Shown here in pieces: positions 45,839 through 54,884 of a stretch of 64,000 bases of DNA (its first letter is position 1; each line of letters starts with the position of its first letter). Below the pieces are notes generated by a model that was not told the DNA's origin, did not search any database, and was given only the letters and a program-made list of their open reading frames with translations. The position numbers and the translations under genes are program-made. The stretch comes from a virus. The stretch lies in IMG/VR virus record IMGVR_UViG_3300025108_004499; one strand, given 5' to 3'.

Positions 45839-46003
45839 CTATAACTCCTCTACAATACCAAGTATTTCTGCAACAAGAAATCCTACGGCTAACCAGCCCC
45901 AACTATATGTAACTAATGCAACTACACAACCTGCAATACGTACTGCACTTTTTACAAGACTAATATAAAAATGTTTCTTACTTACGTCTACTGGTTCAGC
46001 CAT
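45839..46003 (-). CDS. 54-aa membrane protein (not in ORF track)
   Basis: MAEPVDVSKKHFYISLVKSAVRIAGCVVALVTYSWGWLAVGFLVAEILGIVEEL; TAATG coupling to clpP. Confidence 0.65.
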   Translation of the reverse strand: MAEPVDVSKKHFYISLVKSAVRIAGCVVALVTYSWGWLAVGFLVAEILGIVEEL

Positions 46004-46593
46004 TACATTTTCTCCACAATGCGATCAATAAGTCCGTACTCAAGAGCTTGCTGTGCAGACATAAATGTATCTCTATCCATGTCTCTAGTAAAGTCCTCAA
46101 ATGTTTTACCTTTAGTGTTGTGCTTTACATACAAATTAGTAAGCATTTCTTTATAGTGCATAATCTCTTTGTATGAGATTTCAATATCACTAGCCATACC
46201 TCTTGCTCCGCCACTAGGCTGATGAATCATGTGCCTTGCGTGTGGTAACATCATTCTATGTCCTGCTTCTCCTGCCTGTGCTAGGAAACTACCCATTGAA
46301 CATGCTTGACCCATTACAATAGTATGTACTGGTGACTTAATAAATTGCATTGTATCGTAAATGCTTAGACCGTCACTGATAACACCGCCTGGACTATTAA
46401 TATAAAAACTAATAGGCTTACCTGGTGCTTGTGATTCTAAGAATAATAATTGTGATACAATTAGACTTGCTGACATTGAATTAACATCAGTGTCCATAAT
46501 TATAATACGGTCCTTTAGTAGTCGACTATAAATGTCATAACTACGTTCACCTTTAGATTCTTTTTCAACAACAACTGGTACTAAATTAGGCAT
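46003..46593 (-). CDS. clpP: ClpP protease subunit
   Basis: DIYSRLLKDRII, YINSPGG, ACSMGS, MIHQP, MDRD. Confidence 0.95.
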   Translation of the reverse strand: MPNLVPVVVEKESKGERSYDIYSRLLKDRIIIMDTDVNSMSASLIVSQLLFLESQAPGKPISFYINSPGGVISDGLSIYDTMQFIKSPVHTIVMGQACSMGSFLAQAGEAGHRMMLPHARHMIHQPSGGARGMASDIEISYKEIMHYKEMLTNLYVKHNTKGKTFEDFTRDMDRDTFMSAQQALEYGLIDRIVEKM

Positions 46594-46786
46594 CTTTCCA
46601 CTCCATTAACGGATCAACTGATTGCGAGTCGTGCCAGTCAGTTTGATCTTTATTAAATTTACGTGATGTTATTTCTTTACGTAGCATACCGTCTTTGATT
46701 CGATATGTAATTAGTTCTTGTTTAACAACACCTGTAGGTTCAGTTTGAAAAGCACTTACAAGTGGGCCATCGTATTTTTCGTTCAT
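46586..46786 (-). CDS. Hypothetical protein
   Basis: Tiles the operon. Confidence 0.55.
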   Translation of the reverse strand: MNEKYDGPLVSAFQTEPTGVVKQELITYRIKDGMLRKEITSRKFNKDQTDWHDSQSVDPLMEWKDA

Positions 46787-47055
46787 TATCGTCCTTCCTT
46801 TACATTATATGATTCTGGTCCTGGTGTAGTAAATTCGTATCCAAACGCATTACCTACATACACTCTTCCGTTATATTTCATATGGATTTTATTAGTAGCC
46901 ATAAACACATTCATAGACTCTTTAGTTCTAAAGTTATCTACTTCTGCTTCTACAATCTTATCGTTGTTTGTACATGTTACCATGCATTTGTTTTCAAATA
47001 CTTCCATTTTACACCTTATAAAGTTTAACGTAGTTAAGTCTAGTTTCGTTTGCAC
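46786..47055 (-). CDS. Hypothetical protein (start uncertain)
   Basis: Tiles the operon. Confidence 0.5.
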   Translation of the reverse strand: MQTKLDLTTLNFIRCKMEVFENKCMVTCTNNDKIVEAEVDNFRTKESMNVFMATNKIHMKYNGRVYVGNAFGYEFTTPGPESYNVKEGR

Positions 47056-47728
47056 TAAACAATTTGTTTTTTGTTTGAGCTTTTACTTTGCCTTTTACAC
47101 GTAGCATACGGCCTACGTCATATGGAAACTTATTCATAAAGCTCACTAAGTTTCCATCTATAACTGCTGTGTAGTTATAGCTCTCCCAATGTTCGCTGTA
47201 ACGCTTGTCGAGAATCTTTATAACACCTTCAACAATATCTTTTTCTTTGCCTAGGTATTGGCTGTCACGATACTCAATACGGATTTCTTTTGTAAGTCCT
47301 GTTTCGTGTTTGTCACGTTTTACAAACTCTGGTACAAATGCAATAAGTCCTAGTCTAGTAACAGGTACATTGTTTTCTGCTACTGCGTTAATTATATCAC
47401 GTTTGAAATTATCTAGGTCAGCAAGTCCTAACATTACATAACGTTTCATCCATTTATGTATTTCTGCTACTTCTTCGTAGTCTTGTGCTGTTAGTGTAGG
47501 CTTTACATAATCGGTTGGCGCATGAAAATCAAAGAAGAATCTAACAATCTCTTTGTTACTAAACTGTGTTTTGTTTTCTGGTTCTGAAAAGCGTCTAGTA
47601 TCTTTGATATAATTACCATTAATACGTTGTGCCGCTACTGCAATAGCAAGTGCATCTTGTATAGGTACTGTCTTCAATGGTAAAACGTTTTCATTCTTTA
47701 CGTATCCGTCTTTAACTTGTGTCAACAT
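47009..47728 (-). CDS. Hypothetical protein, possible C-terminal OB fold
   Basis: 239 aa directly after a perfect sigma70 promoter. Confidence 0.6.
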   Translation of the reverse strand: MLTQVKDGYVKNENVLPLKTVPIQDALAIAVAAQRINGNYIKDTRRFSEPENKTQFSNKEIVRFFFDFHAPTDYVKPTLTAQDYEEVAEIHKWMKRYVMLGLADLDNFKRDIINAVAENNVPVTRLGLIAFVPEFVKRDKHETGLTKEIRIEYRDSQYLGKEKDIVEGVIKILDKRYSEHWESYNYTAVIDGNLVSFMNKFPYDVGRMLRVKGKVKAQTKNKLFSANETRLNYVKLYKV

Positions 47729-47757
47729 TTTAAGCCTTTAATTAATTTTACTTGTAT

Positions 47758-47786
47758 ATTATAGCATCTACTAATACACTTGTCAA
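47758..47786 (-). promoter_or_regulatory. Sigma70 consensus promoter
   Basis: TTGACA-17-TATAAT with extended -10 TG. Confidence 0.88.
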
Positions 47787-47789
47787 GTA

Positions 47790-48257
47790 TTAATCTTCCA
47801 AAACCCAATGTTTTTTTGCAAGTCCTTCTGCTTCACAGTAACGTATAAACAATCCTATTTCACGTCCGTGTGCTTCTATTTCCCAAGGTTGATCCCAGTA
47901 AGTAGGTTCTTTAGGTAACCACTTACCTTTCCAGCGATGCTTGTTAGTACGCCCGCTTTCGTAAAGTTCTCCACGTGCAAATTGCTTTACGTGTACAAAT
48001 TCATGTGCTACAGTTTCTAATAGTCTACGTAATTTGATTTTCTTATTAATATCTATATCAAATTCTCTTGGACGAGCCGCATCTGCATAGTCAGTAGGTA
48101 TGCAATAACCATAGCTCTCGTCTTTGCCAAAGTCACGAAGTCTTATATTAAGTTCAAGACTATGCATACGTGGCATTAGTTTAGATTTACAGAAACGTAA
48201 AATCTTTTCAGTATGCTTGCGTTGAGACTTCGAGCCGCCTGTAAAGTTAATCTGCAT
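47790..48257 (-). CDS. HExxH zinc metallopeptidase-like protein
   Basis: TVAHEFVHVKQ..PWEIEA. Confidence 0.75.
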   Translation of the reverse strand: MQINFTGGSKSQRKHTEKILRFCKSKLMPRMHSLELNIRLRDFGKDESYGYCIPTDYADAARPREFDIDINKKIKLRRLLETVAHEFVHVKQFARGELYESGRTNKHRWKGKWLPKEPTYWDQPWEIEAHGREIGLFIRYCEAEGLAKKHWVLED

Positions 48258-48284
48258 CTATCGTTCCTCTGTTAGTATCTTATT

Positions 48285-48313
48285 ATTATACTACTATTTA
48301 CGACAAATGTCAA
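48285..48313 (-). promoter_or_regulatory. Sigma70 consensus promoter
   Basis: TTGACA-17-TATAAT. Confidence 0.88.
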
Positions 48314-48322
48314 GTTTTTTGG

Positions 48323-48796
48323 CTATAACATATACTCAAAGTTTTGGCAAGAATCGTGCTTTGCGACTAGTTTAGCGCCGTTGCGTAGATGAAAACGCTC
48401 TGCCATCTCAGTTAAAGGGCTCAAAGTTACGAATCTTTTGGCTTTTTTGACACGTTTTAGCTCACGAGCAACATCAAATACTATCTCACGGCCAGCACCT
48501 TTTGAGTAACTCCATACAGTATAAAACACTGCAATGTCGCCTTTTTGTCCGTCTTGACATGCTTGTTGACTATACAAATCTAGCTCATATTCGTCCTTAG
48601 GAACTTCATTAGTATAGGCTACACATATAATTGCACGTATATCATCATCTGGATAATGTTCTACTGCATACTTACTTTCATATAATGCATATACTTCTCT
48701 GTCTGCATCTAACCTAAAGTCAGATGTTAAGTGTGGACGTACAGGATCGTCCTTTAAAATAATTTTTACTTTGTCTTTACCAATACTCGTTATCAC
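48323..48796 (-). CDS. GNAT-fold protein resembling the malonyl-CoA decarboxylase catalytic core
   Basis: AVFYTVWS, FVTLSP, RFHLRNGA. Confidence 0.55.
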   Translation of the reverse strand: MITSIGKDKVKIILKDDPVRPHLTSDFRLDADREVYALYESKYAVEHYPDDDIRAIICVAYTNEVPKDEYELDLYSQQACQDGQKGDIAVFYTVWSYSKGAGREIVFDVARELKRVKKAKRFVTLSPLTEMAERFHLRNGAKLVAKHDSCQNFEYML

Positions 48797-49082
48797 GTTG
48801 TCCTCTTTTCACTAGTAGTGCTTTGTTATATTTAAGTGCAAATAAAGTTGCTTGTTTTGAGTCTTCTACATCTACATATATATCACAACGACAGTATGTA
48901 GCTCCAGGTAGTATTTGACTGTCACTTCTAACATAGACTAAATCAAATCCTGGTTGATTGCATTGTAGGAATAGTTCGTCGCCTAGTTCGCGCCTTACCC
49001 ATATGTCTTCCATTTCCATGCGGGCGTGGTTCCATTTATATTCACACTGGGATAGAAAAAATCTCAATTGGTTTGTTTCCAT
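48777..49082 (-). CDS. Hypothetical protein
   Basis: Tiles the operon. Confidence 0.55.
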   Translation of the reverse strand: METNQLRFFLSQCEYKWNHARMEMEDIWVRRELGDELFLQCNQPGFDLVYVRSDSQILPGATYCRCDIYVDVEDSKQATLFALKYNKALLVKRGQRDNEYW

Positions 49083-49258
49083 TTTTCATATGCTTCTTCA
49101 AATCCTTCTAACGCATATTGAGATCTTTCATGATTACCCCATAGTCTTTTAAAGTAACCGTTATAAGAATCTTTCATAGTTTCAAATTCTACTAAATGTC
49201 CTTTAACCATATAAAAGATTCTTGCAATTTCTTTTTCGTCTATGTCCATTACCACCAT
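49064..49258 (-). CDS. Hypothetical protein
   Basis: Tiles the operon. Confidence 0.55.
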   Translation of the reverse strand: MVVMDIDEKEIARIFYMVKGHLVEFETMKDSYNGYFKRLWGNHERSQYALEGFEEAYEKWKQTN

Positions 49259-49458
49259 CCTATAGTTTTAGAATTACCTGCTATAATCATAAGACAAGTA
49301 GTAACATGCAACACAATCCAAAAGGTACGAAAGGCCAGTGCCTTCTTTACATCTGATTGTGTAATAGGAAGGAACTCTGGCTTATCGTTGTCATCAATGC
49401 CAACTGGCATGCCAACGGTTCTAGCCCATACTCTAAGCCATCGCCGTTGTCCGCTCAT
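49249..49458 (-). CDS. Small membrane protein
   Basis: C-terminal TM; coupled to the peroxiredoxin gene. Confidence 0.55.
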   Translation of the reverse strand: MSGQRRWLRVWARTVGMPVGIDDNDKPEFLPITQSDVKKALAFRTFWIVLHVTTCLMIIAGNSKTIGWW

Positions 49459-49979
49459 TAGTGATTACCTTTGAGGTAGTCTAAACAATTCTTTGGAGTT
49501 GATTGCTCATACGGATCATCATCAGCACCTTCGTTGTTGATGCCAGGTTCTTGCCACCATTGCTCAACTACGCCGTCATTGACAATACACATAAAACGCC
49601 AACTACGTAACCCAAAGCCTAGATGGTTTTTACCAATAAGCATTCCTAAGAAACGTGTCATATTACCACTACCGTCTGGAATAACTTTTACGTGTTTGAT
49701 ACCCTGGTCTTTTGACCAAGCGTTCATTACAAATGCATCGTTAACACTCATACAATAAACTTCGTCAATATCATTATTACGAATGTTATCGTAGCTTTCT
49801 TCAAACCCTGGTAGTTGGTATTCACTACACGTAGGTGTAAAGGCACCCGGTAGGCTGAATAATACTACTCGCTTGCCTTTGAAGTAATCTTCTGTTGTTT
49901 TATCTTCCCAACGATAATCTTCACCATCGCGGACTCTTGTTTTAAATGTTACATGCGGTAACTTAAAACCTTCAATCAT
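49458..49979 (-). CDS. Prx5-type peroxiredoxin
   Basis: LPGAFTPTCS, SVNDAFVM.AW, DGSG, RSWR. Confidence 0.93.
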   Translation of the reverse strand: MIEGFKLPHVTFKTRVRDGEDYRWEDKTTEDYFKGKRVVLFSLPGAFTPTCSEYQLPGFEESYDNIRNNDIDEVYCMSVNDAFVMNAWSKDQGIKHVKVIPDGSGNMTRFLGMLIGKNHLGFGLRSWRFMCIVNDGVVEQWWQEPGINNEGADDDPYEQSTPKNCLDYLKGNH

Positions 49980-50011
49980 AGTCTTTAATCTCCATTGTTA
50001 GTATTAGTGTA

Positions 50012-50040
50012 ATATTAACACCTATAGGTGCAAAAGTCAA
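50012..50040 (-). promoter_or_regulatory. Sigma70-type promoter
   Basis: TTGACT-17-TAATAT with extended -10 TG. Confidence 0.55.
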
Positions 50041-50142
50041 CCTATATTTTCTTACTCAAATATTTATAAATTGCATAATAATTGCATTGCAAACATGGCT
50101 AAATATAATTAGGGTCAACGAAGTATAGAGGGCAAAGTAAAT

Positions 50143-50421
50143 ATGGATTTTTTAACAATAGCAAAAGATTTAGGATTCCCAATCGCAGGGGCACTTGGTG
50201 CTGGCGGCTTTGTATTTTTAACACTTAAATTTATCCTAGCAGGTGTTACTGACTCTGTGACTACACTCAAAGGAATTATTGGATCTCTTGACAATCGTGT
50301 TCAAACTATGAACAACGACTTAGTTAAGATTGATGCACTACTGAGTCACGCATTACATATTAAACCAAACGTAGACAGAATTGCCGCTAACGAAGGCAAG
50401 GATGACGCAAGACGAGATTAA
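50143..50421 (+). CDS. Single-TM coiled-coil protein (paralog A)
   Basis: KDLGFPIAGALGAG..F...RV..MNNDLVKID. Confidence 0.7.
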   Translation: MDFLTIAKDLGFPIAGALGAGGFVFLTLKFILAGVTDSVTTLKGIIGSLDNRVQTMNNDLVKIDALLSHALHIKPNVDRIAANEGKDDARRD

Positions 50422-50434
50422 AGGAGAAACTAAA

Positions 50435-50638
50435 ATGATGTGGTTAGATTACACAATTAACCAAGCACCAGGAAGAGGCTTTAAAGTCGAAGGTGACACT
50501 CCAACAGAAGTAATGGACAAAGGCTTGTATAAGCCAGGCGATGTGTTTATTGTTAATGAAAGCGGCTGGCTAGTTAAGTCAGACGAATTATCATCAATGA
50601 TAATCAAACACGAAGCAAAGAAAAAGGAACCAGCATAA
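50435..50638 (+). CDS. Hypothetical protein (start revised to 50435)
   Basis: AAGGAG SD before MMWLDY. Confidence 0.6.
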   Translation: MMWLDYTINQAPGRGFKVEGDTPTEVMDKGLYKPGDVFIVNESGWLVKSDELSSMIIKHEAKKKEPA

Positions 50639-50641
50639 TCT

Positions 50642-50971
50642 ATGGAGTCAGAACTAACAAACGTAATTAAAGACTTAGGATTTCCAGTAGTTGCCGCTCT
50701 AGGTCTTGGTTACTTCATTTACTTTATTTGGAAATGGGTTACAGAAGTTATTGATCCTGTTATAGGTCAAACTATGGGTACACTAATTAAATTAGTTGAC
50801 CGTGTGCGTATGTTAGATAATGATATTATTCGCTTAAACACAAAGTTAAGCATGGTATTAGAAAACGAAGCCAAACTAGATAAAAAACGTAGAGCTGAAC
50901 TAGAAGAAATAGTTTCAAAATATACAGACATAACAAACGACCCATTTAATACAACGGGTACAAAAGATTGA
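50642..50971 (+). CDS. Single-TM coiled-coil protein (paralog B)
   Basis: KDLGFPVVAALGLG.F...RV.MLDNDIIRLN. Confidence 0.7.
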   Translation: MESELTNVIKDLGFPVVAALGLGYFIYFIWKWVTEVIDPVIGQTMGTLIKLVDRVRMLDNDIIRLNTKLSMVLENEAKLDKKRRAELEEIVSKYTDITNDPFNTTGTKD

Positions 50972-51132
50972 TAGGGCCAGTTCGCTACTGTGAGAGTTGC
51001 GGACATAGATGTCACTGTTACCAACCAGACTGCAAGGAGTGTGTGAATGATGTATGCACAAACTGCAAATGTAAAGATTCCAATGGAACACTACATAGCA
51101 AAACTAAAGGAACACGAAGCAAAGAGACTTAG
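50968..51132 (+). CDS. 54-aa Cys-rich metallothionein-like microprotein (not in ORF track)
   Basis: (M)IGPVRYCESCGHRCHCYQPDCKECVNDVCTNCKCKD..; TTGA overlap with the upstream stop. Confidence 0.6.
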   Translation: MIGPVRYCESCGHRCHCYQPDCKECVNDVCTNCKCKDSNGTLHSKTKGTRSKET

Positions 51133-51184
51133 TACTAACGAGCGTAATGCTTATTGGAAAGCGTACTTACTTACTTCGAAGTAG
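51047..51184 (+). CDS. 45-aa overlapping ORF
   Basis: AGGAG SD 7 nt before MMYAQTANVKIPMEHYIAKLKEHEAKRLSTNERNAYWKAYLLTSK. Confidence 0.35.
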   Translation: MMYAQTANVKIPMEHYIAKLKEHEAKRLSTNERNAYWKAYLLTSK

Positions 51185-53219
51185 CAATAAACACACCGGA
51201 CCAGTCTTTAGGAAGGTCTTGTGTTTTCTGGAATTCACAACGTTCAATCCACATGTCATAGTATGCACTCATTTTGCCATCAAAGTGGCTGTGTAGTGTA
51301 TTACATAATTCTATTGCTTTGTCAAAGTCTTGTGCTAGATATGCTTTGTGCATTTCTTCATGCTTACGTTGTGCTGTACGCCAAGCAGGGCGTCTATTAT
51401 CTAACACTGTCCATATTGTAATACCTACAGTTTTACCTTTAACTGCTAAATCGTCGATTTTTAAATAGAAAAAGTCGGTTTTAGTACGTTGGTATGTCGC
51501 ATCTCCAACAAGTAATACACATCCGTATTCTTTACACTTGCTTTCAATACGAGCGGCTGTACTGACTGAGTCTCCAAGGACGTCATAACTGTGTCGGGCT
51601 GTTGAACCCATCTCGCCAAGATAGCCAAGCCCAGTATTAATACCAGCCCCCATACCCACTGGGGGTCTTCCTTCTTTGGTAATCTTATCATTAAATATCT
51701 CCACTGCTTTTAACATATCCAATCCGCATTGTACTGCTGTCTTTGGATGTTGCGGATCTTCAATTGGTGCATTGTGTACGTGCATACTTGCATCGCCAAT
51801 GTACTTAATAACCATACCGTCTGCGTCAAGTATAGGTTGTGTGATGGCATCCATGTAACCATTCATAATTTTTGTTAGACCTTTTACATCATCACCAAAT
51901 GATTCACCTAATGGTGTAAAGCCTCTTAGGTCTGAGAAACAAATTGAAACTTCTTTCTTCATACCATCTTTTATAAGTGCAGGATTCTCTTGTAGCATAC
52001 GTACTACTGTTGGTGATGCATATCCTGCAAACTGTTTTTTGATTGCTTGTTTCTGTGCATACTCACTTACAAATCTATTAAAGATTGCATGTAAGCCTAC
52101 TACAAATACAGTTACCATAGGCATTGTACCATCTAACAAGTACAAATAATTAACCCATGCATAATGTACACTATAGGTGAGTCCTCCCACAAACGCAACT
52201 AATATTCCTCCAGCCAACCAGTAAGGGGCAAACCTTCCAACGCACACCAGTGCTATGCCTAGTAGTCCGGTTGTGATAAGCTCTGCTAAGAATGCCCAAT
52301 AGGGACGCTCAATTTGATCGCCATCTATCACAGTTTGAAGTGTTACTGCGGCCGGTATATAGTTGTGTTGTGGTCCAGTCGGACTAGCGATTAAACCACC
52401 TATGCCTTCTGCGGTTACTCCTATAATAACAGTCTTCCCTTCAAACGATCTATAATCATCTGAGGCCGCACTAATAGTTTCAAATTGTTTATTCCATCTC
52501 AACCATATCTGTGCATTAGGATCTGTTTTTATAATTGGGTAACCAGGAACTCGTACTGCTTCTATTCCACCACCAGCTTCTTTAACTTGGTAACTAGGGT
52601 TTCCTGTTGCTACACGAATAACTTCAATTGCTAAAGCGGGATACGTGTCTTCGCCGACACGCATTAGGAGTGGTACTCGTCTTACAACACCGTCGATTTC
52701 TGGGTTAGTGTTCAACACGCCCACACCGTCAGCATTATCTCCTAGCAATTGGATTGGTCCTAACATTCCTGGCCATTCAAACATATATGGCACAGGATCA
52801 CCAATTTTCGCAATGCCTCGAGGGACCGCATTACGATTGGCTTGGGTACTTCCTACTTGTGCTATTACAACACCGTTACCCGCAAGTGCTTCAGCTAATT
52901 GAATATCACCACCTAGTCTATCTGTCTCAGACATGATAACAGGAATTACGATGATACCAGCACCTGCTTCGCGAAGTTTCCAGATTATATCTGCAATTAT
53001 ATCACGCTTCCAGGGCCATTGCCCGTACTTTTCAATGGCGGCTTCGTCAATGGTCACGATGCCGACGTCCTGGGATAATGTTGCCTTATCAGTTTGTTGA
53101 AGTAAGTCGAATTGCTTAAGGCGAGCAGTCTGCACTAATTGACCATCTGTGTAATGCAGACCTATCATAATGAACGCTGTGACAAACGCCACAGTCCAAT
53201 GTGTAATATACTTCGTCAT
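51171..53219 (-). CDS. CHASE2-domain class III adenylate cyclase with C-terminal TPR-like domain
   Basis: IDEAAIEKYGQWPW.R, DGVVRRVPL, three TM, FSDLRGFT, KYIGD, GINTG, GDSVSTAARIE, VKGK. Confidence 0.93.
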   Translation of the reverse strand: MTKYITHWTVAFVTAFIMIGLHYTDGQLVQTARLKQFDLLQQTDKATLSQDVGIVTIDEAAIEKYGQWPWKRDIIADIIWKLREAGAGIIVIPVIMSETDRLGGDIQLAEALAGNGVVIAQVGSTQANRNAVPRGIAKIGDPVPYMFEWPGMLGPIQLLGDNADGVGVLNTNPEIDGVVRRVPLLMRVGEDTYPALAIEVIRVATGNPSYQVKEAGGGIEAVRVPGYPIIKTDPNAQIWLRWNKQFETISAASDDYRSFEGKTVIIGVTAEGIGGLIASPTGPQHNYIPAAVTLQTVIDGDQIERPYWAFLAELITTGLLGIALVCVGRFAPYWLAGGILVAFVGGLTYSVHYAWVNYLYLLDGTMPMVTVFVVGLHAIFNRFVSEYAQKQAIKKQFAGYASPTVVRMLQENPALIKDGMKKEVSICFSDLRGFTPLGESFGDDVKGLTKIMNGYMDAITQPILDADGMVIKYIGDASMHVHNAPIEDPQHPKTAVQCGLDMLKAVEIFNDKITKEGRPPVGMGAGINTGLGYLGEMGSTARHSYDVLGDSVSTAARIESKCKEYGCVLLVGDATYQRTKTDFFYLKIDDLAVKGKTVGITIWTVLDNRRPAWRTAQRKHEEMHKAYLAQDFDKAIELCNTLHSHFDGKMSAYYDMWIERCEFQKTQDLPKDWSGVFIATSK

Positions 53220-53231
53220 ACTGTATTTATG

Positions 53232-53447
53232 TTACTTTGTGAGGTGTGAAGATTTTATTATTTCACGCTGTTCTAGTTGTTGTTTGAACATTGCTCGAAC
53301 TTCAGGTGCGTTGTCTGTTGCTTCTAAGAACTGTAATATACCGCTCCAACTGTTGCCCATAAACAGTATCCAACCGTCCTTGTATAATACGCTACGGCTG
53401 TTTAAATTTTTGAAGTAGAAGTTTTTATAGTGATATTCGTTCATCAC
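53232..53447 (-). CDS. Hypothetical protein
   Basis: Short ORF with its own TAAATA, inside the curli-like locus. Confidence 0.55.
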   Translation of the reverse strand: MMNEYHYKNFYFKNLNSRSVLYKDGWILFMGNSWSGILQFLEATDNAPEVRAMFKQQLEQREIIKSSHLTK

Positions 53448-53453
53448 TAATAT

Positions 53454-54884
53454 TTAGTTTTGGGTAATAGTAGTTGTGCCACAACCATTTGCGTTTACAC
53501 AATTTTGATTTATTGAATATACTTGTCCTGTTGAACTATCTTGTGTAAGATCAAGTCCTGAGTCATAACCTGACATTGAGATACTAGCATTGTGATTGCC
53601 ACTTCCGTCTTGTGTTATGTCAACTGTTTGATCGTTACCTACTGCTATTTCTGTATAGTGAGATCCTGATCCCCATTGGTTAACATCTATATCGTTGTCA
53701 TCACCTTGTACAGAAATAAATGCTTTTTTATCACTGTCATTTAACTGGCTGGTATTAACATTATTAATATCTCCATCTATATCTACTGCAATATAGTGTC
53801 CGTTGTTACCTACAGTATTATTATGATTTTGTGTAATACTTAATATATTAGAGTCACCGTCAATATCAAACTCAACTCTATTATCATCTGCACCTGTTGT
53901 AACTCCTTGGTCAACTGTTGTTGTATTAGAGTTGCCAGTAATCCCAAACAATATAACATTGTTTTCACCTTTTTGTTTGAGTGTAGTGTTGTTATTATCT
54001 CCAACTATCTCTGCTTTTGCTAAACTGCCGTTACCTGCAATAAGATTGTCATCGCCGTCTTGTACGATAGTAAGTGTATTGCTGTCTCCTATTTGTTCAA
54101 TGTATACACCGTTGCCACTGTGTGTTACACCTCTGGCTGTTGAGATCTGATTAGTTTGTGCATTGCTTATACTTGAAGTATATGTTGTCGTTGTTGCAAC
54201 TAATCCTGCTTCTGTCATTGCACGAGTTAGGAAGTCTACCATGTTATTACTATATTGATGTGTTGATAGTAATTGTCCATAACCAAATGAAACTGTAATT
54301 GATCCACCATTACTACCATACTCCCAATTATACCAAGTGTTCCAACTACTGCCTGTACTATTTTTTGCCATTGCTGTACCGCCACTTGCTGTAAACAGTT
54401 TGTCTGGTCCTGGCAATGTGTTTTCACTTGATGTGCTTGAAGCATAATCGCCTACCGCATATGAACCCCAACAGGTATTACAACTACCTGCTATATACAT
54501 ACTTCCTACACTTAATTTACTTTCAACCAACGATTCAATGCTACCTATTCTATTGGTTGCTCCGTTGGGTGCAAGAATGACTACGTGTCCTCCGTTGCCT
54601 ATAAAACTTTCATAGTTTGTTTTACACGTACTGCCACAGTTTGAAGTTCCTGCTATATCAATTACAAGTTCTTTGCCTGATAGATCATTTGAACTTACTG
54701 TGCCACTTGTACTTCCTGTCACAGTAAAACCTAAATCTTCAAGTTCACTTTTTAAATGATTGTAGTGTGAACTTGTGTTTGTTCCACCTGTGCTGTAATA
54801 TATTAAGGCATCATTTGCCCAACTAGTTGTTGGACTGAATAATAGTAATACTATTAGTGCCTTCGCTACCCAATCTATAGTCAT
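53454..54884 (-). CDS. Secreted curlin-repeat protein with N-terminal alpha/beta domain (start probably 54884)
   Basis: Signal peptide; C-terminal repeats of N...I.Q.G..N.....Q. Confidence 0.75.
   Translation of the reverse strand: MTIDWVAKALIVLLLFSPTTSWANDALIYYSTGGTNTSSHYNHLKSELEDLGFTVTGSTSGTVSSNDLSGKELVIDIAGTSNCGSTCKTNYESFIGNGGHVVILAPNGATNRIGSIESLVESKLSVGSMYIAGSCNTCWGSYAVGDYASSTSSENTLPGPDKLFTASGGTAMAKNSTGSSWNTWYNWEYGSNGGSITVSFGYGQLLSTHQYSNNMVDFLTRAMTEAGLVATTTTYTSSISNAQTNQISTARGVTHSGNGVYIEQIGDSNTLTIVQDGDDNLIAGNGSLAKAEIVGDNNNTTLKQKGENNVILFGITGNSNTTTVDQGVTTGADDNRVEFDIDGDSNILSITQNHNNTVGNNGHYIAVDIDGDINNVNTSQLNDSDKKAFISVQGDDNDIDVNQWGSGSHYTEIAVGNDQTVDITQDGSGNHNASISMSGYDSGLDLTQDSSTGQVYSINQNCVNANGCGTTTITQN

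Noticed and set aside
50069-50088. TGCA-N7-TGCA palindrome (Mur/Fur-like) between the peroxiredoxin and the plus-strand island
   Set aside because: Only 4-bp arms in very AT-rich DNA; not distinguishable from chance
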